Shown here piece after piece: positions 13,061 through 26,460 of a DNA stretch of 64,000 nucleotides (positions are counted from its first letter, which is position 1; every line of letters starts with the position of its first letter). Position numbers and translations under genes: made by a program. Source of the stretch: Ramazzottius varieornatus. Lineage: Eukaryota; Animalia; Tardigrada. The stretch is from contig BDGG01000015.1 of the NCBI GenBank assembly GCA_001949185.1, positions 377,036 to 441,035 on the forward strand, in the 5' to 3' direction. Below the pieces are notes generated by a model. That model had not been told where the DNA came from, made no database searches, and saw only the letters and a program-made list of their open reading frames with translations.

Positions 13061-14383
13061 ATATTGACGAAATCTACCAGTAACAGATAACAATTTCAGG
13101 CGCCATTACGATACAAACCACACACCTTTCGGCATGCACTATCAGCGCCGGCGCGGCCCGTATCGAATGTATCAAAATTGAAGCATGACGTCACGTAAGT
13201 TGATCATTTTCACAGTGTAGCTCGCTTTATCACGCTGCCACTGTGATACACACAATACAGGTCGCGTAGGCCTTGTGCACCAGTGTTATTTTAATGATTG
13301 TAACGGATTATTTAAAATGGTCGGAAATCGGCCGTTTTGAATTTTACTATGATAATTGAAATTGGCAAACTCAGCCAACGGATTTTACTATATAGTAAAA
13401 TTATAGTAAAATTGGCTGGATGGTGAGATAGTAAAATAGATAATTAAAATCAGCCCAAACTGCAATTACAATGAGCCTAAAATGCGGTAAAAGGGCCGAA
13501 AGTGCGCGATCTATGATATTTTTCGCATGATTTTCGTTGTTTGACACTAGACAACATCCGCACAACGCAACCTAGGTACTGCGTATGAGCTCAGTTTGCG
13601 CACCAGGCCAAACGCACCGGGTCTTGACCGGGGCATGCGAAACGAGCTGCGTACCACATAGTTTCGTTCCGCGCACCGTGAATGGTGCGTTTTGTGCCGC
13701 TGCGGTGCATTGAGCTAACAGTGCGTCAGCATGGCGTAAATGTGCCACGTTGGATCGCCCACAATTGAAAAAATTAAAATTTCTGCTGCTAACACAAGTA
13801 AATTTGATGCATAATAGAAAATTTTACGAGAGCCGTTCCTGCAATCAAAATTTTAAAATCTGGTAGAATTGCAACGATTGTAACAGGAATTAAAATCCCA
13901 AAAGTCAAAGTAAAATAACACTGTTTGTGCAGTATGATGCAACTAGAGCACGGAATCTGGCCGTATGCGCAGTACTGCACTGCAGCTGTGCGTTGCAAAT
14001 TGACGAAATGTGTACAGCAAAGCACTGCATGCGGCAGAAAGCCGAAGACTGCCGCGCAGATCCACGTACCGACATTTAACAAAAATTGGAGTTCTTGGGC
14101 ATTCGAACTTCGGGCATCTCAGCTTTGCCGTACTTTAGGGCAACGTTTTTCAGCTTGACTGCCGACTTCGCCGACAAAATTATAAAACACGTCAGTACAT
14201 CAGCATGCCGCGTAGTTGCACCAGGATAATATGCATCTGCAGCGCAACTGCCTAGCTACTCTTCATGAAGGTTGTGCAGCACAGCGCGGCGCACAGCGAC
14301 TTGGAAATGAGCGCAGCACAGCTGCGGCGTACTTTTGGACCTGCGGCCCAGTGCTCTACATTGAGCCTGGGATATCCGCACTG

Positions 14384-14460
14384 TACCATATGGGCGCTTT
14401 CAAGAAGTTTCTTGATACGGTACTGGCTGTGCCTGATGTTTGGATTGTGACGACTTCGAA
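14384..14460 (+). pseudogene. Short orphan fragment resembling a chitin deacetylase C-terminal segment
   Basis: MGAFKKFLDTVLAVPDVWIVT resembles the F.KFLD.IL..PDVW.VT motif of arthropod CE4 chitin deacetylases; no flanking exons found. Confidence 0.5.
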
Positions 14461-15258
14461 TACCCTTGTTGATACTGTAAATATTCGCTGCATCCGCGCA
14501 GCAAGTCGTCGTACAAGTGAAGCACAGCCCCGGTCTGGTTTTACTGCCTGCGCGGCCTCCCTACGGGGATGAATCATCATGTAGGTGTACGTACGTACTG
14601 CCCGGATGCAGCGAATATATGCAGTACTTCATTTTGTTCGAGAAAAATATTGCCACTTCAGTTATCCCGACTTTTTAATCTTTTAGTGAATATAAATTCG
14701 ACACCGTTATCAATCATCAACGAAGTCGAGCGGTGGAGTTGTGCGAATCTGAACAGAACCTCGAAGTGCACGAAACCGAATCTGTCCATATTACACTTTT
14801 CCGACTGGCCCATACTTTTTACTGGCCGAATCCTTCTTTTCGTGCGTGTTCATAAGGACGTGCGAAACCTGTCCCGCAATTTATCCTCGGATCAAGTACA
14901 CACAAGGTGCCGCGAGAGCGCCGCCTACTAGCTCGCCAATGAACCCTGTTTTGGATTTAATTTGAACGAAACCGCACGTTCGAGTTAATGTTCCCTCATA
15001 CTGACCGATCGTACACGAACTGGGTTGAGATGGGCACTGCGGCAATCGTCAGATTGCATTGCAGGGTATCGTACATGCAGCCAGAGGTGGTACGAAAGAG
15101 TCTGAAGGGGTTCGAATTTTTCAGTCAGAAAGTTCTGAGGTTAGGATGATGTCACGTAGCATGAAAATGCGTAGGTAGTCGTTCTGGCATCCAACCCCCT
15201 GGAAGGGGGGTTTCAGTTAGTGGTTACCCCTGAAAGTTCCCAGAGTGTCTCCCCAGAA

Positions 15259-15400
15259 GGGCGAACAGTTTTGTGAGACTTTGAGCCACGGCGAGGTACG
15301 GCAAAGCTACCATTCGATACCCCTGAATATTCTCTCAGATTTCATGTTAGAGAAGGGTCATTTGGTACCAAAAATAATGTGCCAAAAATAGGGCTGCCGA
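15259..15400 (+). repeat. Dispersed repeat, copy 1 (copy 2 at 62602-62750)
   Basis: gggcgaacagtttt..gagactttgag.cacggcgaggtacggc.aagctaccat..aagggtcatttggta shared between both sites. Confidence 0.8.
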
Positions 15401-17131
15401 AGCCATACCTCTACAGAAACTCGGAAGCGGCAATATGCACGAATTAATCACAGCCAGGTAATCATCTGTCCATTAACAGCAATCATTGTCACACCATCAT
15501 TTACTTTTTCCAATCAGCAGAAGAAATTGTTACGTTATCAAGCGATAGCTTTTGTAGAATATGTCGATGATGCGATGTGGCTTGATGATTGCTGCGACAA
15601 TTATTTTACAGAGAAGGTGTCCTGTAGAAGCAAACCACAATGGAGCGATGCAGCAAAACTAATAAACACACTGCTTTCTAATCTTTCCAGTTGATATTCG
15701 ATTTAAGGTATAAGAACCATAAGAGAGGAATTCTTTAGAAACTGCTCTTAAACTAGGCGCCGCGACTCCCCGGCAAACTTTTCACGCTGATATAGAAAAA
15801 TATACGGACCATAGTTCCAACCCTCACAAGAAGGAAGATCCAGAGATCACATGACCGGAAAACCCTGGATCTTCTCCCCCGATCCCCAACCTTAAGCATG
15901 CTGTGCCCTGGATTCTACCACCGTTAGTCCACCTTTCCGGGCTTAACGACCCCAAGTTTCGCTCATCGATCAAGGAAACGCGTAACCGATACAACGTCGA
16001 AAATGCTTCTCAGCCCGTGATCAAATTTGTGTGGTTTAGTGTGCCTGCACAAGTTCAGTATGACTGCAGTAATGTTTCTACAACTGCTAATCAAATTTGA
16101 CCACGGGCTGGGAAGCACTTTCGACATTGTGTTTGACGCAACCGATGTTTGACTCCATCACAGATGGCGTAATCTAAAAGGTATGTGTATAATCTTAGTT
16201 TAGACAACCAAATATTTTATCCGCCTGCCGAAAAGCAGCGATCCGTCACTGGATGGTCTGCATTATTTGCCTCTCGGTGAACCCAGGGAAGATGAGATCT
16301 GATGTCTTTGGTGGAGTGGGTCGAGAAGGTTCACCCACTGATCCTCGACAACTGTACACTACGTAAGCTGCGGCACGCCCAAACGCAGTCATACCCTGTA
16401 TCGCGAGAACGCGGGCATACAAGCTTTTGGCGTGAGTAAATACCAGAAGCCACGCTGCGAGTCTGTAACATTCAGACATGTCGAACCACAAAAGTCTCTT
16501 CCCGTCCAAACGAAATTCCACGTCAAACTTTACAAACACCGTTGTGACCTCAGCGAGCGCAGAAACTACGGTCATTCTCAAAGCCAGCGAGATCACCACG
16601 ATGGTTCTCGCATTAATCCCAAGTACCGCGAAACCTCCAACATCGGGCCCGAGTACCACGACAGTGCCTAGATCAACAAGAACTTCGATAGCCTTCACCC
16701 GTAACTCAAGCACTCGTTTCGTTCTCAGAAGTCCCATGTATTTCGCTTTGAGAGTACTGTCACTGTACTGGACTGGTTGGCGTGTACACAAAGGTAACAA
16801 AACCGTCTTGATTTCAACATGAAGCTAACTGGAGTTGTTGGCATCTGAACAATCACGTGGCGCAAAACCTGCGGCGCTTCTCAGCTGCTGGCAAATACTG
16901 TACTATTCGAGAGTACGACAATGATACGATAATCGAGTGGTCTAGACTGAACGTATTAGAATTGATATTTTAGTGAGAACCCAGGTAATGGCGGCAGACC
17001 GCATAGTCTTAATAAAAGAGGATTTTCGAGTATGCAAGTTCTATAGACTATTGTGTCAATACCTATCTTCGAAAACGTTTTGTCTCAAAAGATTCACTTG
17101 AGATTGTCCAAACTGTGCAGCTTCTTTAGAC

Positions 17132-20100
17132 ATGAATGGCGGTGCGGAATACGTCGATGTGGATGAGGTTCTTGCAATTTTGGGAAATCCCGGACCTTTT
17201 CAGATCATCCAGTTTATATTCCTATCATCTATTTACCTTCCATTGTCAATAAACGACTACGTGGTAATCTTTTTTGGCATAGCTCCCCTGTTTGTAAGTT
17301 GCAGCAGCGCTCCCGGAGACCATAATTTATATCATCCTGCTAATTCAACTTCAGTCGCGAATTTCACAAGTTTTAACATCACCCCCTGGAATTCTGAAGA
17401 CCGGACTTGCAGCTGTCCTGATGGTTTCGAGTATGTCTATCCTGGCCGTCAGTGGTCTATCATTGGAGATGTAAGAGACATAGCGTGCTAGCGTCTTCTG
17501 GAGGTTCTCACATAACAGTGCATCGCGATCCGTGTTAGTGATGATACTGCACCCCGTAGATGGACTTGGTATGCGACAAGAGCCCCCTGGTCAACCTAGC
17601 CACCGTGATTTATTTCTTGGGTAAGTAGCCAGTTGTCGATATCAGGATATGCAGTCGCGCTCATGGGTCCTCGTACACCCATGGTCTTCATTCGCCTGCT
17701 TGTATCTTTTGAACCCGTCGTTCGATTTTTCTAATTCAAAGACCGCCAAGTAGAACACATTCTATACTTCCGTATCGAGTGAGAGGTGAGTAGCTGGTTT
17801 TAACAGCCAACCGGTAAAAGTCGGTGATCAGACAAGGAAATATGGGCCCTTTTTTACCGCCGCTCTCCCCTCACGTGACAGGTTCAGGGCAAAATCTAAA
17901 TGGCCAAAACGTAGTAAAAACATCTTTCTTCAGATAGCACAGAAGGAGATGTCCAGCAAAGTTGTCTTGCGGAATTTTCCAATATGGGCTTTACACCTTA
18001 CTTTTGCGGACAACTCAAACCGAGCGTTTCTCTTCTCCCTCATCTCTACACTTTGCACCAAAAACTCATGCTCACTCTGTAGAACGCACTCCCTCGTATT
18101 TGTTAAAATTTATTTCACTGAAATCGGACAAGATCGGAAGATATTCAAAACTGAAGTCTTTCGTCCGTGAATATTGTTGTAAAGTGAGGTGTAAAACCGA
18201 TGTTGAAAAATTCCGCAAGACAATTTTGCTAGACATCTCTTTTTGTACTGGCGATGGACAAATAACGATGTTTGGGACGCAGTTCGGGTGAATTTTATAT
18301 ATCCTTCTTACCTGCCCAGCTCTTGTTCTGGTGGACTCAAACACCGTTTTTTAGAGCTTTCAACACATTCAGGAGAGTCGAAAATCGAACAAATCATCTC
18401 TGGGTAGAGCAGGGGTACGTCCAATGTTGAAAAACCTGGAGCCCTGCCAACAGGTGCACGAAGAAAAATCAAGACAGTGCTGCCCACAATGTTTAAACCC
18501 TTTGCATTACCTAGATTATGTTATCTTTCGCAGACCTACAGTTAAAATCGAGTACGGTCGGCGTATTGCATGCTGTATGAAGATTAGCTTTTCCCAAAGG
18601 ACAGCGGTAGTCCATTACGTCAGGCTGTACCCGCATATGCGATCAAGTAGCGGGTGGCAGCCAGCAATATCTGGCTTGTCGTAGTTTGTTCAATCAGCAT
18701 CAAGGTCTTTGCCTCGTCCGCCTCGATCTGACGGGTAATGGTGGAAGCAAAAAATCCCGACTTATGCCGTCAGATGGCCCCGGATGACAAACACTAAACA
18801 TCCCCGCTACTGCAGTGAATTATTATACAGTAGCTATACCATATCCTGCCTTGCATGTAGATAAGGATTGAAATCGATCGTGTTGAGAACAGATTCAAAC
18901 AGAAAGTCGTCTAGGTTGGGTGATCGCATCGCCTATTTCCGGGTGGGCAACCGACCACTTTGGCCGGCGACCTACTCTCTTCGTCAGTTACGGAGTTTAC
19001 ACGGTATCTCAAATTGGACTAATCTTTTCCCGAGACTACATTTCATTCACACTACTGCGATTCACAGTTGGATCGGCTCGGCAGGTACATTAAGAGTATG
19101 AACTAATCTTTGTCCGTAATCTTTGTCCGGGTGGCAAAGGCGAACACGCGTTTGGTTTCAGATTATGAACACAGCCTTCTTTGTGCTTATGATGGAGTGG
19201 ATTCCACCGAACAAGCGAGTGCTATGGGGAACATTCTCAGAAAACCAATATAATATGGGTTTATTGCTGACTGCCTTGATTGGCTTTCTTCTGCAAAACT
19301 GGATTCACATTCAAATTTTCATTGCGGTGTTTTGCGTTACCGCCGTTCCTCTTTTCTGGTAAGCATCACGTAAAGTTATCAGTACAGTGTGTCGGACATA
19401 GCTCCTTATACTGTACCCTGATCACGATTAGCAATTATTGTTTTACACTTTGCACGTTACCAGCAGTGCCCCGGCAAACAGGTCTTTGTGGAAAAACTAT
19501 TTTATTGTCTGTATTGCCCTTGACCTCACGATCAGCTGATCGCTAAATCGATTAATTTAAGCGAACGAATTTTGCAACGAGACGGCTCCATTGGTGCAAC
19601 GCACATACACGGCCAATGTTACGGCTCGGCTCGTGACGTAAGCACCGAAGTTGCTGTTCCCCGACTGTTTTCACAAAGTCCTGTTTGCCGGGGCACCGCT
19701 GCACGTTACGACACAGTCTTGCTTCAACACTGTTTTCATGCTCGCTCCTGAATCTTTGACGTGGCTTCACGTGAAAAACCGTGGGGAAGACTTCGTTCGG
19801 AATTGTCGGTTCGTTGCCAAATTCAACAGGATAGAACTATCGGACGATAACTGGATACGGATCAAACGATTTAGTCAGTCTCATGCGGGAACTACAACCA
19901 GCAACGGAAAAGTGTACACTTTTATTGACTGTGAGTTTCCGCTGTATATTTCCGAAGTTTAGCAGAAAACCATACATCGACATAGAAAATTCGGCAAAAT
20001 GAACCTGTAAGAACGAAGACGTATTGACTGCCTGCGCGGAAAGTTTCGACACGAGGCAGGCGTGTGAATGCACCTAGAACTACGAGGGAACGGTTGTTGA

Positions 20101-21287
20101 GTCAGCCGGCTGTTACCAGGAGCAGGCCATCGAAAGGCCTGCTGGTCATAAGGCGCGGCTATCAACAACCTTTTCCTCGTAGTGACGTTCAAGCGCAACC
20201 TGTACACGTGCCTGGCCTAAATATNNNNNNNNNNNNNNNNNNNNNNNNNNNNNNNNNNNNNNNNNNNNNNNNNNCATATTTAGGCCAGGCGCGTGTACGG
20301 AACGTCGGTCGAACGTCCTGCTGGCATTTTTTAAGCCAGCTGTTGAGCCGTCTTGCTGCTTGATTTTGGCGAACGATGTGCTGTATATTTTTCGTCTCGT
20401 ATCGAGAAAAGGACAGAAAAGCCTGGGTCACGATCCGAAAACAACGTGTTTTTGGTTTTAGGTTTCCGTACACCACTCATCCGGGAAACGCTGGTGCTAA
20501 ACCTGTTGTGCTGGTAGGCAAACGGAATTTGCTCCAAGACGTTTCCTTCGGACTAAATCTACGGTTTTGTACACAGGTTCGCTTCGAGTTTCGGCCTTTT
20601 CGGCACCTCGTACCTCAGCAGTGCCATTGCTACTGATGTCTACCTTGACTTGGCCATCGAGGGACTACTTGCCCTAATCCCGACCTTTCTCGCAACTTAC
20701 CTGAGTGCAAAGTACACGACTGATAGTGATTATGTTTGACAAGTTGCTGTTGAACCCTTTGGTGCTGTTCTTCGCAGGTGGGGGAACCGTCTCCCTTTAA
20801 CATGCTATTTCTTCGTTGGCGGGATTTTTGCAATCATAGCGGGGGTGATTCCTGCATCAACCACATCTCAACTTGCAGCAGCAAACGTGATGTCTTTCTT
20901 CAGTAGAATGGCTTACGTGGCGACATTTTGCGTTACCTCAATCTACACAACGGAACTGTTTCCTACTGTCATCCGAAGTAGCGCTTTCTGCCTGTGTTTT
21001 ACAGCTTTGAGTATCGGATGCATGGTGACACCTCTACTGCCACTTATGGTAAAGTTCGTTTACGCAGCTGTGCAACGCTGGAAGAAACCTCCGGTATTTT
21101 GTTTCAGGTGGAGCGAGTCGCTTTCAAAGGCAGTGGCTTCTTATTTGTGGGTTTGGTGTCTCTACTTGCAACTCTTGCTGCCTGGCTGCTTCGGGAAACT
21201 AAAGGTCTTTCGTTACCGGAGACCATCGAGGAAGTTGAGCAGCTGAGACCAAGAAAACGGCACTGGCCTGGCCTCCCATTCACTTAG
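17132..21287 (+). CDS. SLC22/organic cation transporter (MFS), ~9 exons, possibly disrupted
   Basis: VDEVLAILGNPGPFQ, W..DLVCD, TDHFGRR, LMMEWIPPNKR, APESLTWL, YTTELFPTVIRS, LRETKGLSLPETIEE motifs. Exons ~17132-17470, 17560-17620, 18915-19084, 19162-19358, 19740-19930, 20462-20513, 20577-20711, 20778-21048, 21108-21287. Confidence 0.9.
17940..18250. mobile_element. Long inverted-repeat element in SLC22 intron 2
   Basis: agatgtccagcaaagttgtcttgcggaattttccaa..tttacacctta vs tgaggtgtaaaa..ttgaaaaattccgcaagacaattttgctagacatct. Confidence 0.7.
20203..20297. mobile_element. MITE family A with assembly gap inside (SLC22 intron)
   Basis: Same TIRs as 3089-3194 flanking the N run. Confidence 0.8.
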
Positions 21288-21429
21288 GAAGACGTAATCC
21301 GATATCGCTTCAGCCCGAACGTCTCGAAGCGAGTGTCACGAAAGCACAGTACTGACGTCCGCCCCCAGTCCGTCAAACAACACTCTTCCGTTCGAGATGA
21401 CCTTTCTGCCGTTAGTGGCTTAACAAGAG

Positions 21430-21463
21430 CTGTATCTGTAGCTGTAGCTGTAGCTGTAGCTGT
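21430..21463. repeat. (CTGTAG)n microsatellite
   Basis: ctgtatctgtagctgtagctgtagctgtagctgt. Confidence 0.85.
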
Positions 21464-21916
21464 GAAAGCACTCTTTGTTGCTTGAACTCGGTTGAACGTT
21501 TTTTCATGGGGTTTCGGTCTGCATAAACAACCGAGAAACCTAAGACAAGTCCGGACCGACGTTTTCGGTTGGGGTAGCTACTGCACTCACAAATAGGCAA
21601 TTTGTTTTGATGCCGCATTATCTCCCATCGCATCGACCAATATCACCCTGGGGAGGCATTAGCAACGGAGAAGAAGGCGACGGGAGAAGGCAGTCAGACG
21701 TAAAGCTGGCCCAACCAATTGGTTTTCGTGTTAGCAGCGAGACCTCAAATGTATGACCCGTCGTGTGACGCGAGGCGTCAGGTCCCGTCGGATTTGAACC
21801 AACGGTAGCTATTTTCTTCGGCATGCTAGTTTGTACACATATTTGGAGCGCGCAGTGGAAATTTTCTTCAACAGCAGCCAAGTAAACTCAGTAACAGTTC
21901 AATAGACCACTGCCAC

Positions 21917-22588
21917 TGTAATTGCTTTGGTAGTTCCGCTGTCACGTGAAGTTGATACAAAAATGCTGTCGGGCTTCATTGAGTGGAGGATAGAATGAGC
22001 AATTCACGTAATAATGTGTCAACGATACATTGTATCGCCTGACTGTCTGTCGCGACATTGTTACTTCCCACTTTGTTTTTCCCTAAAAGCATGGCAATGC
22101 CGTGGCCTGAGACCCTGAGCGGGTGCGAGAAAGTTAGGCACACCAGTCAACCCCTTCCGGTCATGTCTACTTGCGCAAACATGTTGATGTTAAAGCATCG
22201 GACCTCTCTGTGAAGTCTTTACTGAAAAGATAATATTCTGTCCTCAAATTGCTTTGTAATTGCTTTGGTAGTTCCGCTGTCACGTGAAGTTGATACAAAA
22301 ATGCTGTCGGGCTTCTTTAAGTGGAGCGAACCCAGACGAGCAATTCGCATTAAAATGTGAAAACGATACATTGTATCGCCTGGCTGTCTGTCAAGACATT
22401 GTTACTTCCTACTTTGTTTTCCCCTACAAACATGGCTATGCCATAGCCTGAAGCCCTGAGCGCGTGCGAGAAAGTTAGGCACACCAGTCAACCCCTTCCG
22501 GTCGTGTCTACTTGCGCAAACATGTTGAGGTTAAAGCATCGGACTCTTCTGTGAAGTCTTTACTGAAAAGACAATATTGTGTCCTCAA
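21917..22588. repeat. Tandem duplication, two units of ~338 bp
   Basis: tgtaattgctttggtagttccgctgtcacgtgaag starts at 21917 and 22255; both units end ..gtcctcaaa. Confidence 0.9.
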
Positions 22589-22779
22589 AACGCGGGAAGA
22601 TAACGAAACGAAAGACAAACAACTACACTTAGACAGACTATCCTTTCTTTACATTTAAAACGTAAAACAATTCATCTCTGTAGTTATATCAGCCCATTAT
22701 CTATGGCTTCCCTGATCGGAAAAGCCGATCCATTATACCGACCATAGAACATTTGGAACCAGTCCTGGTTTGCTACAGA

Positions 22780-23580
22780 GTTTTGGGTGCATTTTGGGTT
22801 CAGTAAAGGTTCGTACCTTATCTCCTGCGATTTTGGGCTCTTTCCAAAACTGAAAGATTTCTTAGAAGAAAAAACATTTTCGACCGAAGCGCTATCGATG
22901 ACGCCTTCAAAAAACATTTTTACCACGAAATGTTTGACGACTGGGTTTCCCGATGTAAACAATGCATAGAGGTTCGTGGTGCTTAACACCTTGAGCACCG
23001 GGCGGGAAACTCACTTTCCTGGCGCACACTAGTTTGTATGTAGCGAAATTGCAGTTAAACTTTTACTGCTCGATTTTTCCCGTTTGCCTGAAGAATCAAT
23101 TTCTCTTCAGACTGCAACTAACGGCCACTGACCAGTAGCTCTACAAAACTGTCTGGATTTTTTTCCGTTCTTGATGAAATTCCGTCGTAGCCAGCAAAGT
23201 TTTTTCCGGCCAGGCTGTCGGTTGGTGCAGTTTCCAAAATACTTTCAGCTTGAGACCAAACACTTTTGAATCTTGCGAAAAGATCTGCCCAGTGGTCAAG
23301 ATAAAATCATGAAGGTTAGGCGTTTTGAGTTGATAGGTGGCGCACTTTACACCATGTTCCCAAATTTTGGCCGATCGAGTAGGTTATGATTGGACCACTT
23401 TGGCGACACCCTCTAGTTTTGGCCAGTTGAAAAGAAAAGAAAGTGACTTTCCCACCTCGTATTCTCAAAGCATGAAATCGCGTGGTGCTCAAGGTGTTAA
23501 TTTGAAAAGTTGTGAAGCTCGGGCGAACCGGTAGTTTGTAATAAAATCAGCTTGAAAACTTGTTGAACCCCTATGAATAA
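22780..23580 (+). mobile_element. mariner transposase 3' remnant with probable right TIR, interrupted by a TTAA element
   Basis: CDFGLFPKLK (YSPDLAP.DF.LF motif region); FDDWVSRCKQCIEVRGA..FEKL*; aaaacttgttgaacccct terminus. Confidence 0.7.
22983..23520. mobile_element. piggyBac-like non-autonomous element (TTAA TSD)
   Basis: TTAA-CACCTTGAGCACC ... GGTGCTCAAGGTG-TTAA: perfect 13-bp TIR. Confidence 0.85.
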
Positions 23581-23674
23581 TTGTTCAAACAAATTTGTCC
23601 CTATGTAGCAACCAAAGCTCTCTGACTTGACCAACTTTGATTTGGTGTCACATTTGAGAGATTACGAAAACCTG

Positions 23675-23817
23675 TCAGCGATGAGGCGTCAGGATCAGGA
23701 TCAAGAAATCCATTCACTGATTCATCGGTGCTATGTTAATGTCGTTTTCTAATTCAGTTAATGGACTTCCTGATCCTGATCCTGATCCTGACCCTGACCC
23801 TGACGCCTCGTCGCTGA
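23675..23817. repeat. Small hairpin element with (CCTGAT)n arm
   Basis: cagcgatgaggcgtcaggatcaggatc..ccatt vs aatgg..cctgatcctgatcctga..tgacgcctcgtcgctg. Confidence 0.7.
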
Positions 23818-25047
23818 GAGGCTTCCGCGCAGCTTGGAGTACTCTGTGGTGAGCTGTTCGGTCTACCGCAGAATCAGGTCCGATCAGGTGTTCACCCCTC
23901 CGTCTCAATCATAAACGCAATTAACAATTACGCTACTACGCGATTTCATACTCTAAGAATACCAGGGGTGAAAGTCGCTTTCGTCGCGTTTTGACTGGTG
24001 GAAACTTTGGGGCATCACCAGATTCGATCAATCACCACCTCCTTGATTGGCCAAAATTTGGAAAATCAGGCGGAAGTGCGCCACTTGCCGAATGAAACCC
24101 TCGGACATCGGAATTTCTTTCTGACCACAGTCCGAGCTTTGACCAAGACCAGAACTGTTTGGAAAGCTGTAACGGTATCTTGACTCGAACTCTAATTCTT
24201 TAGAAGGCTTTCTATCGATCAGGAGCTTATCAAGAAGCACTTTACTGGCCATGGTGAGATTTATCACAAAACGGAAAATTAATATTCGAGTTTCTCAGGA
24301 ATCGCTAGCCACTGGTCGATGACTGAAACCAGTAGACATCGTGGTTCTTCGGACAAAGCAAAACATTTGAGCCGTACATGCTCACGCGCAAGCGCGTTAG
24401 GATTAACCACGAAAGTGAGTTTCACCCCTGGTAGCGCAAGCGTTAAAAACACTCAAAACACTCAAGCCTCAATCAAAAACACTACATCATCGGCACAGAC
24501 TTGTCCGTCCACGTACGGCAGTCGCTCCCTATTCCTCAAATTTAGCCAGGAGGTCCAGAAATTAGCTTCGCCTATTCAGTCCATCTCATCATGTGGATCA
24601 GAGTCTATCTTTCTGCCGTACCACTTTCAAGACCGGAGTGGACCGACTGGCGTGAATCCCTTGTGAAAAGCCACTGCCTGGACTTTGTACTAGTTTCGCT
24701 GGAAACCCCTACGCGGAAGGCGAAGTGTCGACCCAACGAAGTCCCGCAGGACTGCTTGGGTTCTGGGGCGGTTTTCTACGATGTTTCTTAAATTGATTAC
24801 ATCTGGCTACTCGTCGGGTCTGTTTTTATGCTTAAGGTACCTCCTTTAGCATTTGTCAGTGTAAAAGACCTTATCGTTTCTTCGTGTGAAACGAAAACAG
24901 ACCTCGAGGTAACCCCTGTGAGTTTGTGGTATCGGGCATGACCGTTTGAGTGGCAGCCGATCCTTGTTGCCACCTTTTCTCATACCGTAGTGACGGCGCA
25001 GTCCCCGGTACGATAATTTCCTCTAACATGCTCTGTCCTCTAAATTG

Positions 25048-25208
25048 CTAACCTAACACCCTTTGTCGCGAAGAACTCTTTGCCTTGAAACTGTCAGTCG
25101 GCCCCGAATAACACTTTCTTCTCCCAACCTTGTACTCAGACAACCTCGGCCACAAAAAACCTCGGCCACAAAAAACCTCGGCAACGAACGACCTCGTACC
25201 CGAAGACC
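25048..25208. repeat. Minisatellite (AACCTCGGCCACAAAA) with CTAACCTAAC motif; Helentron/HINE-like
   Basis: Tandem aacctcggccacaaaa units downstream of ctaacctaac; family assignment is inference. Confidence 0.45.
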
Positions 25209-25706
25209 TCCTCCCTTGATGATCTCTTTCCCCAACGAACACTTCCTACTAAAAGCATCTCACCCCGAGCCCTAATGATCATCGCCGAACAATACCTTGA
25301 AACGCCAGTGACAAGCGTACTGTGACATCCCACTTGATAATTTTCTAATCCAACCTCCAAGGTTGTTTCGAGGGATAATGCGCTATACTGAGTTCTTCGG
25401 AGGCGTATATTATGCATATTATGAAACCATTGTGTGACTTCGATATAGTAGAAATTTTGCCCAGGGCCTGGTCTCCAAACACAAAGCATCTTCAGACGGT
25501 TGAGGATAATGAAGGGTAATTATGGATACTTCGTATGAACCAATAACGTCATGTGGTCATATACGTACGTACCAAAATTGCAATTGGCTTTCTTCTTATC
25601 TGCATGATCATAATATTCTGCTGCCGCGGGTTTTGGTTCGTATTGTGTTGTGTTTTAGTAACATCGATTTGAACGTCCAACCTGTCCAGCTTTTCAACGG
25701 ATCGAA

Positions 25707-26460
25707 ATGGCGGCTGTTTCTAGTATCGCGAACGCCATTTCACCGAAGCTGACTGCAGATCTTTCCTTGTTTAACTATTCGTTTGTAACCAACAGTTCAC
25801 AGCTGAACCAGACGCACCCCAGTACCACAGTCGACGCTGTGAACTGGGAAACTGGAGTGCAGATTACTCTGACCGGCTTTGCAATATCGAGTCTTTTTTC
25901 CGGTGTGGTTATCGACCTTTACATCTTCGCAAGGCACCGATCAATTCGGACACCCTTCAATACCTATATCATATTCGTCCTTCTGTCCGAACTAGCCGTT
26001 TTGACTTTAGCTGTTCTATTTATAGTTCGTCCCTACGACTACAAACAATTGCTGAACCCCGGTCTATGTTGCTTCTGCTTGACGCTTTTCTACATGGGAT
26101 GGATCGGTGTTCAAAATGTCGAGGTTCTCATTGCCGTGAACCGATTATGGGCGTGCTTGTTCCCACATCATTACCGGTTGCATCACACAAGAAGGCTTGC
26201 ACTTCTGTTGTGTCTGGCTGTGAACATTGTTAACGGCCTGCTGCTGCTACCATTTGTGCCTTGGCCAGTAGTCTCTCGTGTGCTTAAGAGATGCACCGGA
26301 AATCTAGAAAGCGTACCCAGTTACAGCAAATTCGTGGCGGCGTACCTTAGCGCACCTCTGTTCTGTCTGCTTTCCATCTACCGTGTATTTTAGTTAAACG
26401 GAGCCGACGTCACCATAACCGAATTCGGGACGAGCCGACTGCGGCATCCAGACGTCAAGG
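25707..26460 (+). pseudogene. Class A (rhodopsin-like) GPCR, TM1-TM5 only, frameshifted
   Basis: N-glycosylation sites in the N-terminus, five hydrophobic helices, IRTPFNTYI, IAVNRLWACLFPHHYR (DRY equivalent). The shifted frame after ~26380 gives basic LVKRSRRHH (ICL3-like). TM6-7 not found. Confidence 0.75.

Noticed and set aside
16246-16822. Overlapping 184-aa and Ser/Thr-rich ORFs
   Set aside because: No recognisable domain, signal peptide or splice structure; low complexity explains the open frames
21779-21860. tRNA-like T-arm (GTTGG-TTCAAAT-CCGAC) on the minus strand
   Set aside because: No A-box, D-arm, anticodon arm or complementary 5' acceptor strand upstream
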